Shown: piece by piece, positions 1 to 7,935 of the stretch
How positions within the stretch are numbered: position 1 is the first letter of the stretch
How the letters are laid out: every line of letters begins with the position of its first letter
Virus record (IMG/VR): IMGVR_UViG_2713896907_000002
Span: 1-28,746 of that record
Length of the DNA stretch: 28,746 nucleotides
Origin: a virus
Taxonomy: Duplodnaviria; Heunggongvirae; Uroviricota; Caudoviricetes
Reading direction: 5' to 3' (one strand)
Program-made: the position numbers and the translations under genes
The notes under the pieces: generated by a model
The model's input: only the letters and a program-made list of their open reading frames with translations
Databases searched by the model: none
What the model was told of the DNA's origin: nothing

Positions 1-84
1 GATATTCCGACATGGGCATTCTTCAGGCTATAGCCTTACAGGATCAATCACCACCTCCCCAGGAGGTGGTTTAGGGATAACAAC

Positions 85-107
85 AAAAAAACCCGCAGTT
101 ACGCGGG
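85..107 (-). terminator. Rho-independent terminator candidate downstream of the lysis cassette
   Basis: Plus strand shows an A-run (85-91) followed by stem CCCGC (92-96), loop AGTTAC, stem GCGGG (103-107). On the minus strand this reads hairpin followed by UUUUUUU. Confidence 0.5.
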
Positions 108-282
108 CTTAGAGGTACTTTACTGCTTTTACGTACAGGCTGTTGCCAGACGCGAAATCATTCCCACTCAATTATTTACGACAACTATAACCAATTGAGT
201 GATAACATTTTTCCAAAACCTCATTTTTCCCATACCGTTTTATATACCGTCACCGGAAATCAGTACCATGAAAAATGCCATG

Positions 283-765
283 CTATCTGGTCAGGGTGTC
301 GTACTGTTTTTCACAGACTCTTCCGGCTTCGGCTGCCCGGTCAGCATACTCTGCCAGTTGTCTGTTTCTCTCGAGAGATTTGCTGAGCAAGTCGGCAAGC
401 AAAACTCCGGTGTCTGCGGCTGACGCCCCAGCGCCGACAATGGCGTTATACTGCCTGAGCTGCTCACGGATGGCAACGAGCTGTTGCTGCAACCGGCCAG
501 CGCGAGCGGCAGCATCAAGAGCATCATTGCGCGCCTGGTCGATCCTTTGCTGAGCTTCACGTTCATTGGTAGCTTTCTCCTGTTCGTAGTGCTGACGAAC
601 TATCTCATCTTCGGCTTTGCGATCTTCCTTCGCCTGCGCATACCCGGCTTCGTACTGACGACTGCCGTATGCATTCCAGGCTACAACTCCTGATATGACC
701 AGAACAGCAAGCATCGCCATGATAACCAACTGTTTACTGTATGCTTTTGCGAATGCCCAGATCAT
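283..765 (-). CDS. i-spanin (Rz-like), 160 aa
   Basis: ATG start. N-terminal hydrophobic helix ([18 protein letters not shown]) followed by a long charged, coiled-coil-like periplasmic region. Sits immediately downstream of the endolysin and contains an embedded lipoprotein ORF in another frame. Confidence 0.7.
   Translation of the reverse strand: MIWAFAKAYSKQLVIMAMLAVLVISGVVAWNAYGSRQYEAGYAQAKEDRKAEDEIVRQHYEQEKATNEREAQQRIDQARNDALDAAARAGRLQQQLVAIREQLRQYNAIVGAGASAADTGVLLADLLSKSLERNRQLAEYADRAAEAGRVCEKQYDTLTR
291..566 (-). CDS. o-spanin (Rz1-like) outer-membrane lipoprotein, embedded in the Rz frame
   Basis: ATG start. Signal peptide ending in lipobox L-A-G-C, then a Pro/Ser-rich mature part of about 66 aa. 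Lies entirely inside the Rz ORF in a different frame, the classic embedded Rz/Rz1 architecture. Confidence 0.6.
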   Translation of the reverse strand: MNVKLSKGSTRRAMMLLMLPLALAGCSNSSLPSVSSSGSITPLSALGRQPQTPEFCLPTCSANLSRETDNWQSMLTGQPKPEESVKNSTTP

Positions 766-1391
766 ACCGCCAGCACCTTACTGCCAGTGATGTACCGCGC
801 GCGTCTGTCGTCGATTCCGTTCCTGCCACCATTGATAATCAGAGTTACACGTACAATATCTCCGGTATACTTCATGCAGCCTTTACTGGAGAAGAACCAC
901 GCCGCGCTACGAGCCGCGTATTCGTCCTGCGCCAGCAGTTCAGGACTCTCCAGCAGGTCAACTTTCAGGCCGTTTCCGCAGTCACGATAGTTATTCAAAC
1001 CGGTAATCTGGATAAGTCCGCGTCCTCGGTAATTCCAGCCATCACCAGGGGCATTGTTCCCCATGCGTTTGCTGTACACCAGATTTGCAATCGCGCGCTG
1101 GCGCTCTAGTGGCAATGGTGGTTCACCAGCACGGCGACCCAGTGCATTAGCCTGTCCTTGGGTGAGACGCCCAGCCCGAACGAAGTTAGCCAGTCCGGTG
1201 ACGCTGTAGTTGAAATTCTCCTGCAACCGGGTGAAGCCACCAGACTCATGCCCGACCTGAGCAATAAACATTGCTTGATCTTCGGCTTTGCTGATACCAA
1301 ACTCTTTCATCGCAGAAGTTATATGCGAGAACCAGCGTGCAGCAAGCACCTCGCTAATACCAGCAGCTAGCTGGAATTGTTTAATCTCCAT
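762..1391 (-). CDS. Endolysin, glycoside hydrolase family 19 (chitinase-like lysozyme), 209 aa
   Basis: ATG start. Contains GHESGGF and [16 protein letters not shown], which match the conserved GH19 catalytic-region motifs. Positioned between holin-like genes and Rz/Rz1. Confidence 0.85.
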   Translation of the reverse strand: MEIKQFQLAAGISEVLAARWFSHITSAMKEFGISKAEDQAMFIAQVGHESGGFTRLQENFNYSVTGLANFVRAGRLTQGQANALGRRAGEPPLPLERQRAIANLVYSKRMGNNAPGDGWNYRGRGLIQITGLNNYRDCGNGLKVDLLESPELLAQDEYAARSAAWFFSSKGCMKYTGDIVRVTLIINGGRNGIDDRRARYITGSKVLAV

Positions 1392-1692
1392 GTTTAAATC
1401 TCGTTATTTTGAAAATCTGAACGACGTTACCGCGCGTTTTAATAACCGCAGCAAGCATGACAGCGTTGATAATGACCTCAGATAAATCCACAGCCATTGG
1501 CGTGCGTAACCAGATTGCATAAACAACACGAACTGGAATACTGGCCGCAGCAACAATCAGGAAATAAGCAATCCACCCACCCCATCTTCGGTGTTGGGAT
1601 CCGTTACGCTGGAAAGTGACAACGCGAATTGCTATGCCAGTACAAATAACCGCATTGGTGATCAGCAAAAAAAGCTCATGAGTTACCATCAT
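1381..1692 (-). CDS. Holin-like small membrane protein, 103 aa
   Basis: ATG start preceded by GGGGAG. Two to three predicted transmembrane helices and a charged C-terminus. Its stop overlaps the endolysin start. Confidence 0.6.
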   Translation of the reverse strand: MMVTHELFLLITNAVICTGIAIRVVTFQRNGSQHRRWGGWIAYFLIVAAASIPVRVVYAIWLRTPMAVDLSEVIINAVMLAAVIKTRGNVVQIFKITRFKHGD

Positions 1693-2080
1693 CTTTTCTC
1701 CCCGGAATTAACTCGCGTGGATTATCTGAACGGTGATAGAGCCATATACCAATACGCACAGCGACAATTGCTGATACAAATGCACCGGCAGAAAAGACGA
1801 CTCCTTTTTCGAATGATTCCTGCGTGATTGTTGGAATCAGGCTGGCTATGCCGATAAGAATTAATGCTGCTGGCTTGTAGAAAAGAAGACCACATAGAAA
1901 ACTTAGTATCGATAAAAGAACACGACGACGAACAGGATACTCTACCGCTGAGGTAACAAAAATTACCGCGCCCGCTAGTGCACCTAAAGCAACTTCTGGC
2001 GGCACACCAGCGACCACAGACATTAGCGCGCTCATGCTAAGCCCCTGATTCAGCGACCCTATAGTTAATGTGTGCGACAT
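1676..2080 (-). CDS. Second holin/antiholin-like multi-pass membrane protein (about 134 aa from the internal ATG)
   Basis: The track ORF begins at a GTG (2089); the ATG three codons in (2080) has a GGTGG Shine-Dalgarno-like sequence upstream. About four hydrophobic helices; first gene of the lysis cluster. Confidence 0.5.
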   Translation of the reverse strand: MSHTLTIGSLNQGLSMSALMSVVAGVPPEVALGALAGAVIFVTSAVEYPVRRRVLLSILSFLCGLLFYKPAALILIGIASLIPTITQESFEKGVVFSAGAFVSAIVAVRIGIWLYHRSDNPRELIPGRKDDGNS

Positions 2081-2187
2081 AGAGACCACCGTTTAATGTG
2101 CATAAAGTCACCCCCTTAGATGATGAGTCCATTATACACAATAAACCATATTGGGTTCAAAGAATCATAAAAATGCTCTTAACGAAA

Positions 2188-2202
2188 TTACCTTAAAGGT
2201 GA
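2188..2202. promoter_or_regulatory. TTACC-N5-GGTGA near-palindrome (site family member, one mismatch)
   Basis: TTACC TTAAA GGTGA in the divergent intergenic region between the lysis cassette start (2080, minus) and the acyltransferase start (2239, plus). Confidence 0.35.
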
Positions 2203-2238
2203 TATGATAAATAAAATGATTCATGGTAGATATATAAA

Positions 2239-3333
2239 ATGTTCATTACTAACACTGATGTTTTTACCTTTCTTTTCTTAGCTATATCATTAATAGCGGC
2301 TATTTTTGTCAAAAAAATAATCCCATCAACCGTAATAAATGTACATAATGACACAACCTTAGAAGGTTTAAGAGGCATTGCATGCTTATTTGTATTTATA
2401 AATCATGCTTCATATAGCATTCATCACATCGGAATACAAAATTGGCAAATGATGGGTGATTCACCATATACCGGGAGAATGGGAGCTTTCGGAGTGGAGA
2501 TATTTTTCTGTTTGACAGGGTACTTGTTTGCAAAAAAGATTCGCAAAGGAGATATAGACTTGTCATTTTTTGAAAAAAGAATCAGGAGGCTTGCTCCTGC
2601 ATATATATTTGTATCATTTGTAGTTTTTATATATTTCGTATTTATGAACTATAATGTTATTCGTGGTTACTACGATATATCGGCTTTGATCCAACAAATT
2701 TTCGGATTCGGTTTCTTTGGGAATAGAATATCTGTAAACGGTATGGTGGATACATCATTGAATGCTGTTGTGTGGACGCTTCCTTATGAATGGAAGTTTT
2801 ATGCAATAGTCCCCTTCGTAGCGGCTATTTATAAGCTAAGAAGGCCAATCCCTCTACTTATCGCATTTGGAGTAGCGACTGTTTGCATTGACTATTGGTC
2901 GAAAATGTTCTTGTGGGGGTTTTTCGTAACCGGATTCATTGCTTCATTCGTTGGTATTTTAGAAAATAGATATCTTAAGTATATCTCATATTACATAATG
3001 CTATTCCTATTTGCATATGCATTTAAGGGATCATTTGATATTCATGGTTTCCAAATGTTTGTCGTAGTATCTTTATTTTTCATAACATTTATTGCGGCAA
3101 GACCTAAGATATTCTCCATAGGAGTATTTGTTTACCTTGGAACTATAAGCTATAGCATTTATCTACTACATCAGGTAGTTACAACGGTTTTCATGAAATT
3201 AATCTCTGGGGTAATCGATCTACTTACCATAAATATGTATGAATACTTAATGGTCTGCATCATACCAATATCACTTACAATTTACTTATCATCTATTAGT
3301 TACAATAAAATAGAGAAAAAATTCATCAGATAA
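2239..3333 (+). CDS. Acyltransferase family 3 membrane protein (OafA/Oac-like O-antigen acetyltransferase), 364 aa
   Basis: ATG start. About ten hydrophobic helices. N-terminal region LEGLRGIACLFVFINHASY resembles the conserved R/H-containing first-helix motif of acyltransferase-3 proteins. Strongly AT-rich compared with its flanks and on the opposite strand to its neighbours. Confidence 0.8.
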   Translation: MFITNTDVFTFLFLAISLIAAIFVKKIIPSTVINVHNDTTLEGLRGIACLFVFINHASYSIHHIGIQNWQMMGDSPYTGRMGAFGVEIFFCLTGYLFAKKIRKGDIDLSFFEKRIRRLAPAYIFVSFVVFIYFVFMNYNVIRGYYDISALIQQIFGFGFFGNRISVNGMVDTSLNAVVWTLPYEWKFYAIVPFVAAIYKLRRPIPLLIAFGVATVCIDYWSKMFLWGFFVTGFIASFVGILENRYLKYISYYIMLFLFAYAFKGSFDIHGFQMFVVVSLFFITFIAARPKIFSIGVFVYLGTISYSIYLLHQVVTTVFMKLISGVIDLLTINMYEYLMVCIIPISLTIYLSSISYNKIEKKFIR

Positions 3334-3336
3334 ATA

Positions 3337-3368
3337 ATATTGGAGGGTTACTACCTCCAATATGTTTT
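3337..3368. terminator. Bidirectional stem-loop terminator candidate between the convergent acyltransferase and tailspike genes
   Basis: Stem of about 10 bp (3337-3346 / 3354-3363, core TTGGAGG/CCTCCAA) with a 7-nt loop, followed by GTTTT on the plus strand and AT-rich sequence on the minus strand. Confidence 0.45.
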
Positions 3369-3380
3369 GACTGCACTGTT

Positions 3381-5603
3381 TCAGCTGTTCGAGATTTTAC
3401 CAGATATCCTAAATCTTAGCGCTCCAGATTTGATGTAATTGTATGTGAGGAAAGTTCTTGTGCCATCAGATGCCACGGCATAGAACTGAATCTTTGTGAA
3501 GTCTGTAGCTCCTGTAGGAATAAATCCAATAACATCGACAGTTCCTGCTGGTAATGCATTCCCAAGCGCTGTCCTGACCTCTATCTCGCATCCTGCCCCT
3601 GGATAAAAACCAAGCCCTCTGGGAAGGGTGATTGTGATATTTCCTGTACCGCCTGTTGTTCCTGTAACATTTATACTTACATGCAAATCAACATGCTCAC
3701 CATCCCTCCTTGCAGTATATGTGCCAGTTTGTGTTACAGCTGTAGTATCATCGAAACCGATACTTCCAGTTAAGGCCGCATTAACCTGTAGTTCAGATTT
3801 AAATCCGCATATATTATTTCTCCACGGAATCGTTGGTTTATCACCATCCCATGTGATGGGTTGCGATGAAAAATGAGTTATTTTATTACCAAGAAATTTT
3901 AAATTAAACAAGTTGTTATTTATATCGCCAACAAGATAAGCAGCATAAAAAGGTAGCCCTCCCGTAACAACCTGTTCATTGTGAGAAGTTACAACAGCAT
4001 CGTGTATAGTATTGCTGGTTGAGCGAATCACAAACCCATAACCACCATTATCCATCGTTGCGCCAGAATCTGGATCTAATTTTGCAACGCTATCAGCATA
4101 TGGTCTATAAAGTGTATGCCCACCAGATATCAATTCAAAACCGATTAACATTTGCCTGTTAGGATATAAATCATCTGATGTTTTAGGATGTCCCCATGGA
4201 TGAGGATCTACAAGAGTATTCGCTCCGGTACCAGAAATGCGAATGCCTATTGGATAATCTATCGTTATAGGGTTTACAAAATGGCTATCACCAGTGCGAA
4301 TCCACAATCCAACTACCGACTTGCTTTCCCATTTCATAATTCCAAAGCAACTATGCATAATTGCGATTTCATAACCTATTGAAGGAATACCACCAATATC
4401 TGCCCCGCCTCTTAGCATCCCCCACGTTTCCATCTGACCTACCGTAACACCAGCTATATGCGTCATCAGAACACCAATTGCATCAACATGTTGGTAATAT
4501 ACGGTTCCCCAGTCAGTATTCTGCGTATGTCGTATGTGAATTCGTGGAATATAGGTACGCTTATCGCTATATGTGGTCGTTGGTGACATAATGTGATAGA
4601 CAGCCTTATAGCTATTTCCTGCGGCATCTACTGTTTGGAAATCACCAGTTGGATCTGCCCATATAACACCAGTCTGCAATACGCTAAGCCCTGCCAGATG
4701 CTTAATTGATGATTTAACCCGATAGACATTTGGCAGCCAAACTGTTTTGTTATTCTCATAAGCATAGTCATACGCATCCTGAATCATCACAGCCCAGTCA
4801 GTTTCTCCTGGATGATTTGCATAGAACTGCTCAGGTGTAACAAACTGCGAACGCGCAAATAGATCGTTTAAATCTGTTTGCACTGTACCGCTGGACATCG
4901 TGCCTATCAAACAACTTCCTGTTGGCTTCGCTAGTTCTATGAGAACATCAGCAGCAGAACCAGATTCTGGTAGTAGCATGATTGGGTTACCATTATCATC
5001 CATGCCTACAATTTTGTTTTTTCTCAACTCAACTGGTGGTAACTGCGGGATCATTTCTGCCGTGCGTAACGTTCTGCTAAAGAGAAGATCCGTATGCGAA
5101 GTGTTTCCAGCGCTAAGTGAGTCAGCATAATTCTTTGTCGCTGCATCCTGAGGGCGAATAGGGTCTCTTAAGTTTCTAATGTAGTTGTTTAGTGCGTCGT
5201 AATAATTAGCCACGAACGACGGCTTTCGCAGAACAAGGCTAAACCAACTACGCACTTGCTGGATCAGCATCGTCAGCTTATCGAACGCGTCTTCATGCAC
5301 CTCAGCGAAAAACTTTCCCTGATTGCGCAGATCAGTTTCCTGCGTAACCGGTAGCTCTCGTGATATAGAAATCTGATAACCGTTAGCCAACGCCTTCGAC
5401 AGAATTACATTACCGCCGTTATATCCTCCAGCTCCGGTAACTGTATAATCAGTATCAAGAGTCAGCACAGCAATATTTTCGTTAAGGTCAGAGACCTGAA
5501 CAACCAAGTCGGATTTTTTGAAAATACGGAAGGTATACGGAAATGATGTCGTAACGCCGTTACCTGTGTATTCGTTGTGGTCAACTTCGGTTGAGACCGT
5601 CAT
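3381..5603 (-). CDS. Tailspike / tail fiber protein (about 740 aa from the internal ATG)
   Basis: The track ORF starts at TTG (5705); the ATG at 5603 (MTVSTEVDH...) is preceded by GGAG. Large Gly/Thr/Asn-rich protein with beta-rich composition, located next to the host-range/seroconversion genes. Confidence 0.7.
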   Translation of the reverse strand: MTVSTEVDHNEYTGNGVTTSFPYTFRIFKKSDLVVQVSDLNENIAVLTLDTDYTVTGAGGYNGGNVILSKALANGYQISISRELPVTQETDLRNQGKFFAEVHEDAFDKLTMLIQQVRSWFSLVLRKPSFVANYYDALNNYIRNLRDPIRPQDAATKNYADSLSAGNTSHTDLLFSRTLRTAEMIPQLPPVELRKNKIVGMDDNGNPIMLLPESGSAADVLIELAKPTGSCLIGTMSSGTVQTDLNDLFARSQFVTPEQFYANHPGETDWAVMIQDAYDYAYENNKTVWLPNVYRVKSSIKHLAGLSVLQTGVIWADPTGDFQTVDAAGNSYKAVYHIMSPTTTYSDKRTYIPRIHIRHTQNTDWGTVYYQHVDAIGVLMTHIAGVTVGQMETWGMLRGGADIGGIPSIGYEIAIMHSCFGIMKWESKSVVGLWIRTGDSHFVNPITIDYPIGIRISGTGANTLVDPHPWGHPKTSDDLYPNRQMLIGFELISGGHTLYRPYADSVAKLDPDSGATMDNGGYGFVIRSTSNTIHDAVVTSHNEQVVTGGLPFYAAYLVGDINNNLFNLKFLGNKITHFSSQPITWDGDKPTIPWRNNICGFKSELQVNAALTGSIGFDDTTAVTQTGTYTARRDGEHVDLHVSINVTGTTGGTGNITITLPRGLGFYPGAGCEIEVRTALGNALPAGTVDVIGFIPTGATDFTKIQFYAVASDGTRTFLTYNYIKSGALRFRISGKISNS

Positions 5604-5711
5604 GTTAAATCTCCAGATAGTCGCACGCAGCACCCGTTGCGCCGCATATCTGGTTATTCTATTACCCAAAAAACCAGATATGGATAGAATAACTATAAAT
5701 ACCAATAGGTG

Positions 5712-5726
5712 TTACCTTTCAGGTAA
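5712..5726. promoter_or_regulatory. TTACC-N5-GGTAA palindrome (perfect)
   Basis: TTACC TTTCA GGTAA in the divergent intergenic region between the tailspike start (5603, minus) and the 85-aa gene (5803, plus). Identical 15-mer to the site at 24453-24467. A TGTATAAAT extended -10-like element lies at about 5767-5775. Confidence 0.5.
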
Positions 5727-5802
5727 TTTGCATGCCGTGCTGGATAGCAAATAAATCATCTGCTACTGTATAAATATATAGTTATTGCATGGAGAAGATA
5801 AG

Positions 5803-6060
5803 ATGCAGCAGTATCACTATCCACTGGAAGACGGATTTACCGAAAGGATTCACACGCCGGGAGGCGTCAGGTCACTGGTGGAGGGATCGCACTTGATGAA
5901 ATTACTCCGGGATCTCGATAAGGATGGATTTAATGTCGATGGCCCACTTGCCGAACTGACTGCACTGATTAACTACGTCACCAGCTCACAGATGTCTATG
6001 CGGGATCTGCAAACACATCTCGACTATTGTGCCGAACAATTACGAAAACAAACCAGATAA
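5803..6060 (+). CDS. Small protein (85 aa) paralogous to the C-terminal domain of the adjacent antirepressor
   Basis: Track ORF starts at TTG 5785; the ATG at 5803 follows GGAGAAG with a 5-nt spacer. Residues LMKLLRDLDKDGFNVDGPLAELTALINYV...MRDLQTHLDYCAEQ align by eye with LMNLLNQLQEDGHDVSGAAAELTTMFCYI...LRDIQMHAEYINDK of the 231-aa protein, roughly 40 percent identity over about 50 residues. Confidence 0.6.
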   Translation: MQQYHYPLEDGFTERIHTPGGVRSLVEGSHLMKLLRDLDKDGFNVDGPLAELTALINYVTSSQMSMRDLQTHLDYCAEQLRKQTR

Positions 6061-6091
6061 GGTTTGTAATTACCAAATGGAGTGCTTATAT

Positions 6092-6106
6092 TTACCTTTG
6101 CGGTAA
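6092..6106. promoter_or_regulatory. TTACC-N5-GGTAA palindrome (perfect)
   Basis: TTACC TTTGC GGTAA about 30 nt downstream of the 85-aa gene stop and upstream of the structured leader preceding the antirepressor gene. Confidence 0.45.
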
Positions 6107-6133
6107 ATTTACATCGCACTCCTCTTGTGCCAT

Positions 6134-6185
6134 AGTAATCGGGCACTGGCAAAATCCAGTGCCGGGATTGGCGTCCCGGATTACT
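6134..6185 (+). ncRNA. Structured RNA element candidate (multi-stem fold) in the antirepressor leader
   Basis: Outer stem AGTAATC (6134-6140) / GATTACT (6179-6185) enclosing a hairpin GGCACTGG-CAAAAT-CCAGTGCC and an alternative hairpin CCGGGA-TTGGCG-TCCCGG. No ORF of note overlaps on either strand. Confidence 0.3.
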
Positions 6186-6198
6186 AAAAGGCGCATTC

Positions 6199-6218
6199 AC
6201 CGCACAAGCGGTTTTTTT
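6199..6218 (+). terminator. Rho-independent terminator candidate (short stem plus T7 run)
   Basis: ACCGC-ACAA-GCGGT stem-loop followed by TTTTTTT (6212-6218), between the 85-aa gene and the antirepressor gene. Confidence 0.4.
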
Positions 6219-6317
6219 ATGCGTATAGCACGGCCACATTCGTATTATGGTGGGCTGTGTGGGGGCACCGAAAGGTGCGCCGGGTCCTTTTAGCCGGTTA
6301 CGCCAACCCTGCACAGT

Positions 6318-6350
6318 TCACCACCAACCGATTGGCGTCGGTAGTGGTGA
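6318..6350 (+). promoter_or_regulatory. Hairpin immediately upstream of the antirepressor ribosome-binding site
   Basis: TCACCA (6318-6323) pairs with TGGTGA (6345-6350), enclosing CCGA-TTGGCG-TCGG. It shares the 10-nt GATTGGCGTC (6330-6339) with the upstream hairpin at 6166-6175. Lies about 12 nt before the AAGG Shine-Dalgarno of the ATG at 6376. Confidence 0.35.
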
Positions 6351-6375
6351 TTAACCAGACTAAAAGGTAACCACT

Positions 6376-7071
6376 ATGACAGCTACAAAAAGCACGTCCA
6401 TTTTTTCTTTCGAATCCCAAGCCGATATACGAGTAATCGTCATTAATGGTGAGCCATGGTTTATCGCTTCAGATGTTTGTCGGGCTATAGGCATAGCAAA
6501 CCATCGAGATGCTGTTCGAAAACTTGATGATGATGAGAAGGGCGTCGCTTCAACCGACACCCCTGGCGGTGAGCAAGAATCGATCATCATCTCCGAGTCA
6601 GGCCTCTACACACTGATCCTCCGCTGCCGCGATGCGGTGACACCAGGCACTATCCCCTACCGCTTTCGTAAATGGGTTACAGGTGAGGTACTTCCTCAGA
6701 TCCGCCGCACCGGAAGCTACATTAAAAACTCGCTCCCGCAGGAAGAACGGATAAAGATGGTTGCCGACCAGGTAGCCAACGCCACGGCGTCAGCAGTGAT
6801 GCAGGCAATGAAGATAGAGAACAAAACCTACAGTGCCCCGCTGAAGCCCGGATACCGCAGCCTGATTCATTCTCCGTCTGGTGTTCTCGGCCTGACTGAG
6901 AACTCACTTCTGATGAATCTGCTGAACCAGTTACAGGAAGACGGGCACGACGTATCTGGCGCGGCGGCGGAGCTGACCACCATGTTCTGCTACATCGTCG
7001 GTGTGAGCAAATGCCTGCGTGATATCCAGATGCACGCGGAGTACATAAACGACAAGGCAGGGTTCTTCTGA
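6376..7071 (+). CDS. Antirepressor-like protein with N-terminal Bro-N domain, 231 aa
   Basis: ATG start. The N-terminus (FSFESQADIRVIVINGEPWFIASDVCRAIGIANHRDAVRKL) matches the Bro-N / phage antirepressor N-terminal domain pattern. The C-terminal domain is paralogous to the upstream 85-aa protein. Confidence 0.75.
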   Translation: MTATKSTSIFSFESQADIRVIVINGEPWFIASDVCRAIGIANHRDAVRKLDDDEKGVASTDTPGGEQESIIISESGLYTLILRCRDAVTPGTIPYRFRKWVTGEVLPQIRRTGSYIKNSLPQEERIKMVADQVANATASAVMQAMKIENKTYSAPLKPGYRSLIHSPSGVLGLTENSLLMNLLNQLQEDGHDVSGAAAELTTMFCYIVGVSKCLRDIQMHAEYINDKAGFF

Positions 7072-7079
7072 CGGGCGGC

Positions 7080-7098
7080 GGCACAGGGATGTGCCTTT
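7080..7098 (+). terminator. Weak stem-loop terminator candidate after the antirepressor gene
   Basis: GGCACA-GGGA-TGTGCC followed by TTTAAAT; the T-run is short. Confidence 0.3.
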
Positions 7099-7136
7099 AA
7101 ATAATTCTGTACAGATTGCAGGTGAATAGCTTACTA

Positions 7137-7151
7137 TTACCTCACGGGTGA
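7137..7151. promoter_or_regulatory. TTACC-N5-GGTGA near-palindrome (site family member, one mismatch)
   Basis: TTACC TCACG GGTGA about 100 nt upstream of the perfect site at 7238. Confidence 0.3.
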
Positions 7152-7188
7152 TCCATAGCGATTAGGCACCGATACAGGAGGAGCCCAC

Positions 7189-7221
7189 ATGAGAAAATTT
7201 GACGAGTACGAAGGCGTTTAA
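7189..7221 (+). other. Mini-ORF (10 codons, MRKFDEYEGV) with a strong Shine-Dalgarno, possible leader peptide
   Basis: AGGAGGAG (7176-7183), 5-nt spacer, ATG at 7189, stop TAA at 7219-7221. Lies between two palindrome sites upstream of the 211-aa gene. Confidence 0.25.
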
Positions 7222-7237
7222 CATTCGGATAGTTCAT

Positions 7238-7252
7238 TTACCCTAATGGTAA
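7238..7252. promoter_or_regulatory. TTACC-N5-GGTAA palindrome (perfect) overlapping the presumed -35 region of the 211-aa gene promoter
   Basis: TTACC CTAAT GGTAA. A TATATATTAT -10-like block (7273-7282) and GAGGTGA Shine-Dalgarno precede the ATG at 7293. The palindrome centre is about 42 nt upstream of a plausible transcription start. Confidence 0.5.
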
Positions 7253-7292
7253 ATCCCGCTTAAAGAAGCATCTATATATTATGAGGTGATGT

Positions 7293-7928
7293 ATGCCACA
7301 ACAACTGCTGAATCCGGCAAAGGTAACTGAGGTTTTCGCTCATCTGAACGAAACTCCAGACAACCGCGCCCTGTATTCAGAGTTAGTGAACGGCAACGAT
7401 GTCACATCTGATGTCAAAGGCGTTTCTCTGGCTCCTGGATACCGCGTTGTCCGTGTAGACGATCGTAAGAAAGGCGAGATTCCACAGGCGCACTTTGAAC
7501 TGTCATTGATAAATGACCTCACCGAAGAGGTAGTGTATTACAATCGTGTCATTATCCAGCCTGACAGCTATCTTAACTGCCGTCCTGTCACGCAGATATT
7601 GGTATGGAGAACCCAGAAGCCTAAGCATCGTGCTGTGCTTCATGATTTCGCCGGCATCATCTTCATGAACTACCTCTTGGAACGGTACGATATCATCGTG
7701 TCTGATCGCAACCAGACTCATGAAGGCATGTCGTTCTGGCAGGCTCGCATGTATGACGCACTGGAACTTGGCCTCCACCTCTATGGTTACGACATGATGA
7801 CATGCGAGCTGATAGAGATGAATAACGAGGAAGAGCTTGAGAAAGGTGAAACCTGGTTGTGGGGTGATGCGGAAAACTTCCAAAACAGATTGGCCATAAT
7901 TTCAAAGCATAAGCTGCCAATAAAATAG
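7293..7928 (+). CDS. Hypothetical protein, 211 aa (orphan accessory gene with its own regulatory unit and terminator)
   Basis: ATG start with GAGGTGA Shine-Dalgarno. Soluble-looking protein with no motif I recognise. Followed directly by a strong intrinsic terminator. Confidence 0.7.
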   Translation: MPQQLLNPAKVTEVFAHLNETPDNRALYSELVNGNDVTSDVKGVSLAPGYRVVRVDDRKKGEIPQAHFELSLINDLTEEVVYYNRVIIQPDSYLNCRPVTQILVWRTQKPKHRAVLHDFAGIIFMNYLLERYDIIVSDRNQTHEGMSFWQARMYDALELGLHLYGYDMMTCELIEMNNEEELEKGETWLWGDAENFQNRLAIISKHKLPIK

Positions 7929-7935
7929 TTCTTTA

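Noticed and set aside
283-1109. Plus-strand ORFs (195-386, 199-423, 275-553, 484-693, 741-1109) overlapping Rz and the endolysin
   Set aside because: They are antisense shadow frames of well-supported minus-strand lysis genes, with no ribosome-binding sites and implausible composition.
3381-5705. N-terminal extension of the tailspike from the TTG at 5705
   Set aside because: The track's first codon is TTG with no Shine-Dalgarno; the in-frame ATG at 5603 has GGAG upstream, and the extension is a hydrophobic low-complexity read-through of the promoter region.
6024-6314. ORFs of 96 aa (minus) and 88 aa (plus) spanning the antirepressor leader
   Set aside because: They overlap each other and the end of the 85-aa gene, lack start contexts, and coincide with a region whose hairpins and terminator suggest a non-coding RNA leader.
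6722-7084. Minus-strand 120-aa ORF inside the antirepressor gene
   Set aside because: Antisense shadow ORF of a gene with clear Bro-N domain evidence; Arg/Ser/Pro-rich composition typical of a spurious frame.
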